The position numbers and the translations under genes were made by a program. A DNA stretch of 20,000 bases, taken from IMG/VR virus record IMGVR_UViG_3300048599_000797. The stretch is one strand, 5' to 3'. The notes beneath the pieces are model-generated. The model saw nothing but the letters and a program-made list of their open reading frames with translations. It was not told where the DNA came from and did no database searches. Source of the stretch: an uncultured virus (IMG/VR IMGVR_UViG_3300048599_000797). Taxonomy: Duplodnaviria; Heunggongvirae; Uroviricota; Caudoviricetes. Within the stretch, counting starts at the first letter, position 1. Each line of letters opens with the position of its first letter. Positions 1-7,374 of this stretch are shown here, piece after piece.

Positions 1-192
1 CGCCACGGGCTTGGGGGCCGCGGCCTTTTCGAGGGCCGGCACCTCCTGGGCCAGCGGCGCTTTTGCCAAGACCAGCAAACTATATTTGCCGTTGTGGCAG
101 GGGTTCGTGGGCTTCGCATCGGCCGTGCTCAACAGCAGGCCGGCGAGAGCCAGGCAGACCAGGGGAAGTAGAAGCACCTGATAACCTCGCAT
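1..192 (-). CDS. Secreted/membrane protein, 5' part only (runs off the window)
   Basis: ATG at 192 with AAGGAGG 9 nt upstream. Translates as MRGYQVLLLPLVCLALAGLLLSTADA|KPTNPCHNG..., a signal peptide with an A-x-A site. Not in the ORF track because it is truncated. Confidence 0.8.
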   Translation of the reverse strand, partial: MRGYQVLLLPLVCLALAGLLLSTADAKPTNPCHNGKYSLLVLAKAPLAQEVPALEKAAAPKPVA

Positions 193-206
193 CGCAAACA
201 TCCTCC

Positions 207-749
207 TTACTTTGAGGTGGTGGTGGTGGTTGAAGTCGTCGGCGCCTCGGTGGTGACGCGGACGCCGATCGCGGCCTCGGGCGTGGCCGTGCTCACCGCC
301 GGCGCCGCTGGCTTGCGGAACCAGTCCAGCGCCCGCTGCGCGGCCAGGCCGCTTCCCGCACCGCCGGCCAGCAGCGCGGCCACCGCCGCTGCCTTGCCGA
401 TTGTCGATAGTCCCGAGCTCTGCGGCGCCGCTTCCGCGGGCGAACTCGGAGCAATCGCCTGCTGGTAGTAGTTGTTGGTCACCGGCGAATCCACGTAGGT
501 CTGCATCTCCTCGCCCTCGTCACTTCCCGCTTGATCCACCGGACTCGCTGTCGCCTCGGGCCAGGCCGCGCCGAAGCGCGCCTTGGCCAACGTCTCTTGC
601 AGGCGGTGATTGAAATCGTGCGCGGCGTCAACCACCTTGCGGTTCCGTGCCAGCAGTTGGAGCTGGTCCGTTGCCGCCGCCGTCGCCGTCAGCTTGGCCA
701 GGGAGGCCAAGTTCTCGGCGCAGGTCGTCGATGCGCTGCTGTTGCTCAC
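207..749 (-). CDS. Hypothetical protein (180 aa) with a C-proximal Ala/Gly hydrophobic segment and Thr-rich tail
   Basis: GTG start preceded by GGAGGAG. Contains GKAAAVAALLAGGAGSGLAA. The stop overlaps the RBS of the next gene. Confidence 0.75.
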   Translation of the reverse strand: MSNSSASTTCAENLASLAKLTATAAATDQLQLLARNRKVVDAAHDFNHRLQETLAKARFGAAWPEATASPVDQAGSDEGEEMQTYVDSPVTNNYYQQAIAPSSPAEAAPQSSGLSTIGKAAAVAALLAGGAGSGLAAQRALDWFRKPAAPAVSTATPEAAIGVRVTTEAPTTSTTTTTSK

Positions 750-855
750 GCCGTAACTCCTCCACGCGTTGGCCGATCAGCGGGGTGAGGGTGTCGGCGC
801 GGGTGCCGAAACCCTCCACCGCCGCTGTTCGGAGCTGGGCCAGGAACGGATCCAC
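628..855 (-). CDS. Small coiled-coil hypothetical protein (75 aa), overlapping the downstream ORF by 122 nt
   Basis: GTG start 2 nt after the upstream stop, with GAGG-like sequence absent but tight coupling. Helical RVEELRREQQQRIDDLRRELG. Confidence 0.6.
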   Translation of the reverse strand: MDPFLAQLRTAAVEGFGTRADTLTPLIGQRVEELRREQQQRIDDLRRELGLPGQADGDGGGNGPAPTAGTEPQGG

Positions 856-857
856 GA

Positions 858-1187
858 CTACGAGGTCGCCGGCTTGATCGCGCTCGGGGCGACGACGAAC
901 TGGGGTTGCCCCATCACGCTCCGCTGATCGAGAATCCGCGAAGCGAGGCCGTTCTCGAGCTGACCGGCCGCGTGCGCGTTGACCAAAGCGAACGCCTGGT
1001 TCGCCGTGTTGCGGAGCAGTTCGGCGACCTTCATGTCGCCACTGATCGCCGAGTTTTGCAGCACGCGCATCGTGTTCTGCTGCTCAGCGAACTGCTGATC
1101 CAACACCTTTTCCACGGTTGGGTCGATCGTGGTCGCCATAGAAGACTCCTCTGTGCCTACTGGCACGGTTACGATTGGGTCGGCCAT
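858..1187 (-). CDS. Hypothetical Gln/Ala-rich helical protein (109 aa; alternative start at 1139)
   Basis: Fills the gap between neighbours. GAGGG precedes ATG 1187 and GAGGAG precedes ATG 1139. Confidence 0.8.
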   Translation of the reverse strand: MADPIVTVPVGTEESSMATTIDPTVEKVLDQQFAEQQNTMRVLQNSAISGDMKVAELLRNTANQAFALVNAHAAGQLENGLASRILDQRSVMGQPQFVVAPSAIKPATS

Positions 1188-1199
1188 GTGCCGCCGCCC

Positions 1200-2219
1200 T
1201 CAGTGGTTGCGCACCGTGATGACCTGGATGTGCAGAGTGGCGCCCGACGGTGCTGCGAGCGTCTGCACTTGGTTGCCTTGGGGATCGGTAATCGTCAGCG
1301 GTTTGCCGTCCGCGCCGTAGAAATGCAGCACCGCCGGCGGCGCCGGAGCCGGCGGCTGCGTGGTCGGTTGTGTCGGCGGGGTGGGCTGAGCCGGTTGACT
1401 CGGCTGAGGTTGCGGCGGCTGTTGCGATGGCAGCGGTAGCGGCGGCTGCAGCGGCGCGACCGGCTGCGTGGGCGTGGTGATCGTGGTCGTGATCACCGGG
1501 ACCAGCGGGCGATCGAGCGGCCGTAGCAGGCCCGCCAGCCACCTGCGGATCCAGCCGCACCACGTGCCGTAGTGGTGCCCGTCGCGCGAGCCCCACACGA
1601 TCGCCACCACCTGCCCCTGCTGGTTGAGCACCGCGGCGCCGGAGTCGCCGTTGCGCCCCTCGCCCGTGATCTGCACCCAGTCGTACGGGCCTTTGACGGC
1701 GATTTGCACGTAGCCCACCACGCGCCCGGAAAGCGGGCGGTAGATGCGGTTGGCAAACCCGGTCATCACCGTCACCGTGCCCGGCTGCGGCGGATCGGCG
1801 GCCAGCGGCCGCACGGGAAGTCGTGGGTCGGCGATCGACAACGCCAGCAGATCGCGCTGCGGTTCGGCCCCCAGCACGCGCGCCGCGAAGGCCGCGCCGG
1901 TGTAGGTATACACCACCACGCTATCGCCGCCGTCGCGCATGCCATGCCAGCAGGTGAGCACCACGGCCGTGGTGCCGTTGGCCTCGACGATCACGCCGCT
2001 GGTCCAGAAAATCCCGCTTTTCGCATACACCGCCACGCTCACCGTCGATGGGTCGGGCGCCTCTTGCACGGCATTGGCGCCCTGCGTGATCGAGCATCTG
2101 CCGTCGGCACACGGGGTGCCGGGAGCGCACGGTCCGCCGCCGCCGACAAACGTCGTCGGCTGCTGGCCGAGGGTCGCAGTACTCACGAGCGCTGCTACGA
2201 TCGCCGCCGCGAATCGCAT
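1200..2219 (-). CDS. Secreted trypsin-like (S1) serine protease with Pro/Gln-rich linker and short beta-rich C-terminal domain
   Basis: Triad motifs VLTCWH, RDLLAL and GRNGDSGAAV. The start is moved to ATG 2219 (MRFAAAIVAALVSTATLG signal peptide), 2 nt after the upstream stop. Confidence 0.9.
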   Translation of the reverse strand: MRFAAAIVAALVSTATLGQQPTTFVGGGGPCAPGTPCADGRCSITQGANAVQEAPDPSTVSVAVYAKSGIFWTSGVIVEANGTTAVVLTCWHGMRDGGDSVVVYTYTGAAFAARVLGAEPQRDLLALSIADPRLPVRPLAADPPQPGTVTVMTGFANRIYRPLSGRVVGYVQIAVKGPYDWVQITGEGRNGDSGAAVLNQQGQVVAIVWGSRDGHHYGTWCGWIRRWLAGLLRPLDRPLVPVITTTITTPTQPVAPLQPPLPLPSQQPPQPQPSQPAQPTPPTQPTTQPPAPAPPAVLHFYGADGKPLTITDPQGNQVQTLAAPSGATLHIQVITVRNH

Positions 2220-2221
2220 GG

Positions 2222-2803
2222 CTATTCCCCGGGAACGAGGGTGTGGTCGAAGCGGAAAAACGGCGAGCGGGCCAGATCGGCCGGCTCGGTGATCTCGTCG
2301 GCCAGGTGCTGCACCGGATCCACGCCGCCGCCGAGGCGGTAGGCCATCGAGCACGCCTGGCTGCAGAACGGCGGGCGGTGCGAGGGATGCAGATCGTCCG
2401 TCTGCGGCTTGCGCACAAAACGCACCAGCGGCAGATGCAGCAGGCCGGCCTGGAGCACGCCTAAGTAGCCGTAAGGGCAACCGCACAGCCGTCGCATGTA
2501 GGCCGCGGCGCCGTCGCGGTTAAATTCCGGCCACCGGCCTTGGGGATTGGCCACGTAGTGATCGATCGCGCCGGGGAATTTGGCGACCTGGCTGGAAAGC
2601 ATCACCGCGCGGCCGCCGTGCCACTCGCGCACCTCGACCGCGAACAGGTCGTCGCCCCACCACACGGCCATCGCCGCGTGTGTGTACTCGCTACGGCCGG
2701 CCACGGCGATCAGGCGGATCGTGCCGCGAAACAGCAACAGGTCGCCGGTGGCGATCTGCCGCCGGACGGCGGCATACGCTCGTGGTTTAGGATCCTGAAG
2801 CAC
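2222..2803 (-). CDS. Permuted papain-like NlpC/P60 hydrolase (YiiX/YaeF, peptidase C92-like)
   Basis: GDLLLFRG, YTHAAM (His), PYGY, FCSQAC (Cys) and PADLARS, in the His-before-Cys permuted order. Confidence 0.85.
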   Translation of the reverse strand: MLQDPKPRAYAAVRRQIATGDLLLFRGTIRLIAVAGRSEYTHAAMAVWWGDDLFAVEVREWHGGRAVMLSSQVAKFPGAIDHYVANPQGRWPEFNRDGAAAYMRRLCGCPYGYLGVLQAGLLHLPLVRFVRKPQTDDLHPSHRPPFCSQACSMAYRLGGGVDPVQHLADEITEPADLARSPFFRFDHTLVPGE

Positions 2804-2870
2804 GGGCTAGCTCGCGCGAGGGGAATGGTTAATTCCCCGGCGTTCTAGCCCGCGGAAAAATTTCCGCCAA
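2803..2870 (-). promoter_or_regulatory. Palindrome-rich intergenic region; candidate late promoter
   Basis: Minus strand TTGGCG(2870-2865)-N17-TAGAAC(2847-2842), an imperfect -10. Inverted repeats at 2803-2810/2845-2852, 2820-2826/2832-2838 and 2852-2858/2861-2867. Confidence 0.4.
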
Positions 2871-2876
2871 ATCGGC

Positions 2877-3404
2877 TCAGATTTTTTCGAGCACGAGCAG
2901 GATCCCCGGCTCGAGGCCCTTGATGATCCGGGGCGGAAAGATCTTCAGCTCGCGATCGTTGGCGAATACGCCACCGTCGGCCAAGCCGTCGATCGCCGGC
3001 TTGAGGGCGGCGATCAAATTATCGGGGTCGGGATGCCGCCGCGTGGGGTACACGGCCACGATTTGCAGCGTGGCCCGTTTCCACGCACCCCGCATCCCGG
3101 CCCGCATCCTCGCCACGGCCGCCTCGTCCGCCGTGCGCCGACGGAGGGACTTCGCAATGCGACCTTTTTCCGCCCAGTGCACTCCTCGCGCCCGATTCGG
3201 CAGCAGCACCGGGTTGATCGGCGGAACCCGTACCGCCAGGCGGAGCACCACGAGCTCCTCGGGCAATGGCGGCAGCCGCTGGGGCTTGTCCGGCTTCCGT
3301 CGCTTGCGTTTGGCCGGCCGGGCCGCCGGCGCGTCGACGAAGCCCTGGAACGATCCTGGGAGCTTCGCCGACACGCCGGTGATTAGTCCCTTGGGAAGTC
3401 CCAC
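2877..3404 (-). CDS. rusA: RusA-like Holliday junction resolvase
   Basis: RRHPDPDNLIAALKPAIDGLADGGVFAND matches the RusA DxDN..K...D.L......DD motif, with ND for DD. Confidence 0.8.
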   Translation of the reverse strand: MGLPKGLITGVSAKLPGSFQGFVDAPAARPAKRKRRKPDKPQRLPPLPEELVVLRLAVRVPPINPVLLPNRARGVHWAEKGRIAKSLRRRTADEAAVARMRAGMRGAWKRATLQIVAVYPTRRHPDPDNLIAALKPAIDGLADGGVFANDRELKIFPPRIIKGLEPGILLVLEKI

Positions 3405-3599
3405 TCAGTCCTCCTTGGCCCACCGCAGGGCCTCCCGGGCAATCTGCCGCGACACGGGATGGCCGCCGGATTTGTTTTTTGCGGCGATGGCCAGGTTGCG
3501 CCGGAATAACTTCGACTGGGGGTCGCATTTGCTGCGTGACCTTGTGGAGATCCACGCGCGGACGCGGGCCCATTCGACGGCCGACAAGGATTCGATCAT
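3405..3599 (-). CDS. Small basic hypothetical protein (64 aa)
   Basis: ATG 3599 overlaps the ASCH stop (ATGA). Its stop abuts the rusA start. Confidence 0.7.
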   Translation of the reverse strand: MIESLSAVEWARVRAWISTRSRSKCDPQSKLFRRNLAIAAKNKSGGHPVSRQIAREALRWAKED

Positions 3600-4051
3600 G
3601 ACTCGTTGACTCCAGCCCAGAACAGTTGCTCCTCGACGACTTTCAGGGGCACGTCGAACAGCCCCTGGGCGCCACGATAGGGGATCGGCCGCTGAAATCG
3701 TCGCGCATCGTTGAGCACCCAGGCGCAGGGGCCCTCGGTGTGCTGATGCGTTTCCAGCCACGGGTATCTTTGCGCGTCCTCGGCCCGCCGCGGATCGCCC
3801 AGCGAGTTGACCTCGACGCAATCCACGAGCGCCACGACCCCCACGATCGCCCCATAAATCAGGGCCTCGAAATGGTGCGGAAAACTGTTCAGCCACCTCT
3901 TCGAGAGTCCGGCGTGGATCAGCAGCAGTCCCCGGTACCGCGTGGACCAGGTGCGGTTCTCGACTCGCTTCTGGAAGATGAACCGCGGCAGCTCGGCCTG
4001 CGGGGTGACGATGAGGTGGGCGTAGGGTTGGCAAATCGTGAGACACTTCAT
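3596..4051 (-). CDS. ASCH domain protein
   Basis: MKCLTICQPYAHLI...KRVENRTWSTRYRGLLLIHAG...GAIVGVVALVDC...PIPYRGAQGLF. Confidence 0.92.
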   Translation of the reverse strand: MKCLTICQPYAHLIVTPQAELPRFIFQKRVENRTWSTRYRGLLLIHAGLSKRWLNSFPHHFEALIYGAIVGVVALVDCVEVNSLGDPRRAEDAQRYPWLETHQHTEGPCAWVLNDARRFQRPIPYRGAQGLFDVPLKVVEEQLFWAGVNES

Positions 4052-4057
4052 CGCCGA

Positions 4058-4516
4058 CTAGCCTCCCAGATCGGTGCGCAGGCCATCGAGTTTATGCTCG
4101 AGCTCCCACACTCGCCGCTCGAGGGTCTCGATCCGCTCGGCCTGGCTCAGCACCACCTCGTCCACGCGCTTTTCCAGCTTGCCGATCCGGCCAAACAGTT
4201 CGCGGGTGTGTCTCTTGTCGTCATGCCCTCCCTCGGTCTGCTTCCCGTAGACCTTGAGCTTCCGCCAGCCGAGCGCGTTGCGCATGTATTCAATCTGCGA
4301 TTCGGTCATCTCGAACGCCAGCGATTGGGAGCATACACGGTGCAACTTGATGGTCCCCAGATGCTCGAGCGTCTCCCGCCGCTCCTGCAGGAACGTGAGC
4401 AGTTCGTTGCGTTCGAGAATCGTCAAGCAGCGGCGTTTCTTCTTCTGCTGATCCTCGGGTTCGATGGGGCTCTGCGGGACGTGATCAAACAGCGGCGTTC
4501 CATTGGCGTTCGACAT
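4058..4516 (-). CDS. Hypothetical protein with possible helical DNA-binding region and C-terminal coiled coil
   Basis: RBS AGGAGAACGC. Heptad pattern IGKLEKRVDEV...IETLERRVWELEHKLDGL. Confidence 0.8.
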   Translation of the reverse strand: MSNANGTPLFDHVPQSPIEPEDQQKKKRRCLTILERNELLTFLQERRETLEHLGTIKLHRVCSQSLAFEMTESQIEYMRNALGWRKLKVYGKQTEGGHDDKRHTRELFGRIGKLEKRVDEVVLSQAERIETLERRVWELEHKLDGLRTDLGG

Positions 4517-4544
4517 TCTGCGTTCTCCTGAAGAAAAGGGGTTT

Positions 4545-4724
4545 TCACTTCACGATCGCCGCCAGGATCTCCTCCTTGAGCGGCTTCACGCCGAGCTCTT
4601 CGGCCACGGCGTACACAATCTCCCGAAAATCCAACCACGTGGATCCGGCGGCGCTCACGGCGCCGCAGCCCGGGGTTTCGATCCGCACCACCTCGTCGGC
4701 CATCACATTCGTCATCCGCGCCAC
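4545..4724 (-). CDS. Small hypothetical protein (~59 aa)
   Basis: In-frame GTG at 4724 follows AAGGAGAACGCC. ATG 4715 is an alternative start. Confidence 0.65.
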   Translation of the reverse strand: MARMTNVMADEVVRIETPGCGAVSAAGSTWLDFREIVYAVAEELGVKPLKEEILAAIVK

Positions 4725-4740
4725 GGCGTTCTCCTTCCTG

Positions 4741-5217
4741 CTAAGCGATTTGGGCCGGCCGCTCCTGGTCACGGACCCAAATCGCGGCCATCACGGTCAG
4801 CTCCAGCGAATTCTTCAGGCCCAGGCGGCGCTGGATCTCCGCCAGGTGCGTTTCCACGGTCTTCACGCCGAGACGCAGCTCGGCGGCGATCTCGTGCGTG
4901 GTATACGCGCAGCCCCGGAGCCGGAACACCTCGCGCTGCCGCTTGCTGAGCTTGCAGAGCGGCGCGTCCGCCTCCTGTTTCCACAACCGGCACGCGGGAT
5001 CCGCGGCACGAATATCGGTTGCAGGCCCGTGAGTCCAGTGATCCCTGAGCAGTCCACACTTGCGCCACCGCTTACCGTGGTAGTTCACCCGGCAGTAGTG
5101 GGCGCACGTGCGACAGGTTTCGCCGGCCGGGCCGGTACCGGGCAGCGCCGGGTGGGCCTTGTCGATCTTCCGCTTCGAGGGTTCGTCGGCGATCTCCTCG
5201 CCAAACAGGCTTGTCAT
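4741..5217 (-). CDS. Cys-rich (putative Zn-binding) domain fused to a LuxR/GerE-type HTH
   Basis: ATG 5217 overlaps the upstream stop. N-terminal CRTCAHYC...KC...PAC. C-terminal LSKRQREVFRLRGCAYTTHEIAAELRLGVKTVETHLAEIQRRLGLKNSLEL. Confidence 0.88.
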   Translation of the reverse strand: MTSLFGEEIADEPSKRKIDKAHPALPGTGPAGETCRTCAHYCRVNYHGKRWRKCGLLRDHWTHGPATDIRAADPACRLWKQEADAPLCKLSKRQREVFRLRGCAYTTHEIAAELRLGVKTVETHLAEIQRRLGLKNSLELTVMAAIWVRDQERPAQIA

Positions 5218-5555
5218 AGTGCTTTCGGCTCCTCCACGAGTCGGTACAGCAGGCTGCCTGGGTACATCCGCAGGCACTCGCCGCAGATAACACACGCCCG
5301 CCACTTGCGGGCGATGAACACTTGCGCCGCGTGCGGCGGGTTCGCCGTCCGGCCGCAGCGGCGACACCTGGGTACCGCGCCATCTTTCGCCGCGCGGGCC
5401 GCCGAGGCCACCTCCGGCCAGCGGCTGAGGGTCGATTGGGATACGCCCAGTTGCGCGGCGATCGAGCGGAGCGTCATGCCGGCCGCAGCCAGTTCCTTGG
5501 CCTTGGCCCGCACGGACGGGTCGATCGACTTCGCGGGTTTAAGTGCGTTCGCCAT
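5214..5555 (-). CDS. HTH protein with C-terminal CxxC...CxxC Zn ribbon
   Basis: AGMTLRSIAAQLGVSQSTLSRW (HTH), plus CRRC and CVIC. ATG 5555 follows AAGGAAAACGAC. Confidence 0.85.
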   Translation of the reverse strand: MANALKPAKSIDPSVRAKAKELAAAGMTLRSIAAQLGVSQSTLSRWPEVASAARAAKDGAVPRCRRCGRTANPPHAAQVFIARKWRACVICGECLRMYPGSLLYRLVEEPKAL

Positions 5556-6297
5556 TGGGTCGTTTTCCTTCACGAATGGTCTTCGTCAGCCGTTCGATGA
5601 TGGCGAGCAGATCCTCGATCCACACGCGGTTGAAATCCTCTTGTCCCCGGTCGTAGTGGAGTCGAATCGTTTCGACGTTCCGCCTCTCCTCCGCGGTGAG
5701 CGGGTCGGAGGCCTCTTGGCAGGCCGCCGCCAGCTCCCAGAACGTCGCCTCTGGAGCACATGCATAGCAGATTGCGTCTCGGTCACACTGGAGTGGGCCG
5801 CCACACGATCCGCAGCGCGCATCCAAGTGGAATTCCCCGCCGGCCCCCGGGGTGTCGTGAGACGCGGCGGGGGCTGATAACTCCCCGCAGCCCCGGGGGC
5901 CGTGCCCTGACAATGACTCGGCCATCGCGATGACGTCGGATAAAATCCGCGCCCATTCAGCCCACCAGGCATTTCGTTTTTCCTGCGGCCAGTGAGCGGG
6001 CAGCATGATCTCGGGTCCAGACCCTCCATCCTTGTCTCGAATCATGGCCGCCAGCCTCTCCGCTGCGGCCCTGCAGAGGGCGGAGGCATCCTGGCATGCG
6101 TGCTTGTCTCGCAATGTGGACTCGTAGTGCACACGCCAATTTCTGGCGCCTGCCTTCGCCGCCTCCAGCTCGGCGACGAGGCGGTCACGCTGGAAGGCCA
6201 GGCGGCTGATCACGTTCGTCTGGCCGGCTGCGTTTTCAGCACCGACCATTTCGGCAATCTCTTGTTCGGTCGGCGGTATCTTCACGTCAGGTTTCAT
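5539..6297 (-). CDS. Mosaic hypothetical phage protein (coiled coil plus Zn ribbon)
   Basis: The start at 6297 overlaps the upstream gene end. Helical N-terminal half, low-complexity linker, CGSC...CYAC. Confidence 0.7.
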   Translation of the reverse strand: MKPDVKIPPTEQEIAEMVGAENAAGQTNVISRLAFQRDRLVAELEAAKAGARNWRVHYESTLRDKHACQDASALCRAAAERLAAMIRDKDGGSGPEIMLPAHWPQEKRNAWWAEWARILSDVIAMAESLSGHGPRGCGELSAPAASHDTPGAGGEFHLDARCGSCGGPLQCDRDAICYACAPEATFWELAAACQEASDPLTAEERRNVETIRLHYDRGQEDFNRVWIEDLLAIIERLTKTIREGKRPNGERT

Positions 6298-6499
6298 CAC
6301 TAGGTTCCTTCTCGCCTTTCGGCTGCTCTCGAATCCTGCATTGGCACGGCACATGCCCACGGCCAGTCAGCACCAACGCAAAACCTTCCAGGTCAACGCG
6401 TACGTCGATTCGCGTGTCTCCGTGCCGAATCTCGATGGCTATGTACTCCTCGCCGTCGCCGGGGATAGAGCGCGAGATTGAAAGTTTGTCGGTGCTCAC
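6287..6499 (-). CDS. Hypothetical protein (70 aa)
   Basis: Starts 3 nt after the upstream stop, with a GGAG RBS. Globular beta-rich sequence. Confidence 0.7.
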   Translation of the reverse strand: MSTDKLSISRSIPGDGEEYIAIEIRHGDTRIDVRVDLEGFALVLTGRGHVPCQCRIREQPKGEKEPSDET

Positions 6500-6502
6500 C
6501 CA

Positions 6503-7147
6503 TCACTCCCCGCCGGCCTCGGGCTCGGCGACTGGCGGCCTCAGTCGTCTTTTCAATTGGCGCATCGACAGCGCACGAAATCCGTTGACCCCAGCTAGTC
6601 GACGGATGTTTATCCGCTGTCGACTCGTCCACTGAAAGGGCCAACCGTGTCCACACCCGTCGCACTCAATCAGCCCCAGCGTCCAAAGCAAGTCGGCATC
6701 AGCTTCGGCGATCCGAATACGGACGCCACCTTGGGTGTGCATAGTCCACCTTGCCGGATCATCCGGACTAGTGATGTATCCCGATTTGTTGATTCGATGG
6801 AGATCGTCACCGCTCAGCATCCGCCGAAGGATAACTGCCGCTCCGTGCGTAACTACGACCGACTTCGGACTGGCAAGCAGATCGAGGCACGGCACGAATA
6901 CCCCAGAGGCCGGAACCAAGTACGCAAATCCGGCGATCGTAAGGTTGTTCATCTCTCCGTAGGACACGCCGCGATTCCCGAATCGCCACGGGGCAATGGC
7001 GGCGCGTTTGCGCTGCGCCGTGAAGGCATCCCGGAATAGCTTGGCAATAATCTTGTCGCGATGCGTGAGCATCGTGCAGGCGTTTACGGCATCCTGCCAT
7101 CGTTTCCACGACCATCGCTGTCGATTTGTGGTTCCTTCGGTCGTCAC
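6503..7147 (-). CDS. Hypothetical protein (214 aa)
   Basis: GTG start after GGGAGGGGAGGGAG. Visibly lower GC than the flanks. Confidence 0.7.
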   Translation of the reverse strand: MTTEGTTNRQRWSWKRWQDAVNACTMLTHRDKIIAKLFRDAFTAQRKRAAIAPWRFGNRGVSYGEMNNLTIAGFAYLVPASGVFVPCLDLLASPKSVVVTHGAAVILRRMLSGDDLHRINKSGYITSPDDPARWTMHTQGGVRIRIAEADADLLWTLGLIECDGCGHGWPFQWTSRQRINIRRLAGVNGFRALSMRQLKRRLRPPVAEPEAGGE

Positions 7148-7194
7148 GTTGTTATCTCCCTCCCCTCCCGCCCGCCACGCGGGCTCTAGCGTTG

Positions 7195-7374
7195 TCAGTC
7201 GCGACTCGCCGCTTCAACCATCCCATGCACGCGGTTGCAGATGAACTCGATCTGCTTCAGTTCCTGTTGCGTCTCGGGGCAATGGAGCGAAACCGTCGCG
7301 GTCACATCCTTCGCTAACGCCCGTAACGCAGTAAGTTGGCCTTGCAGCCACGCCTTGCTAATACAGTCCATCAT
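7195..7374 (-). CDS. Small helical hypothetical protein (59 aa)
   Basis: TGATG overlap with the upstream stop at 7374; MMDCISKAWLQGQL... Confidence 0.65.
   Translation of the reverse strand: MMDCISKAWLQGQLTALRALAKDVTATVSLHCPETQQELKQIEFICNRVHGMVEAASRD

Noticed and set aside
858..1187. Resemblance to R-body RebB proteins (Gln/Ala-rich, ~100 aa)
   Set aside because: Only compositional similarity. The VNxQITD motif is absent and there are no paralogues nearby.
2220..2486. N-terminal extension of the protease ORF to 428 aa
   Set aside because: It overlaps the YiiX-like gene. The signal peptide begins at ATG 2219.
5841..5902. Possible hammerhead ribozyme (CTGATAA near a three-stem junction)
   Set aside because: The core would need CUGANGA and GAAA at the junction. 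Here CTGATAA sits in a loop and GAAA is absent.
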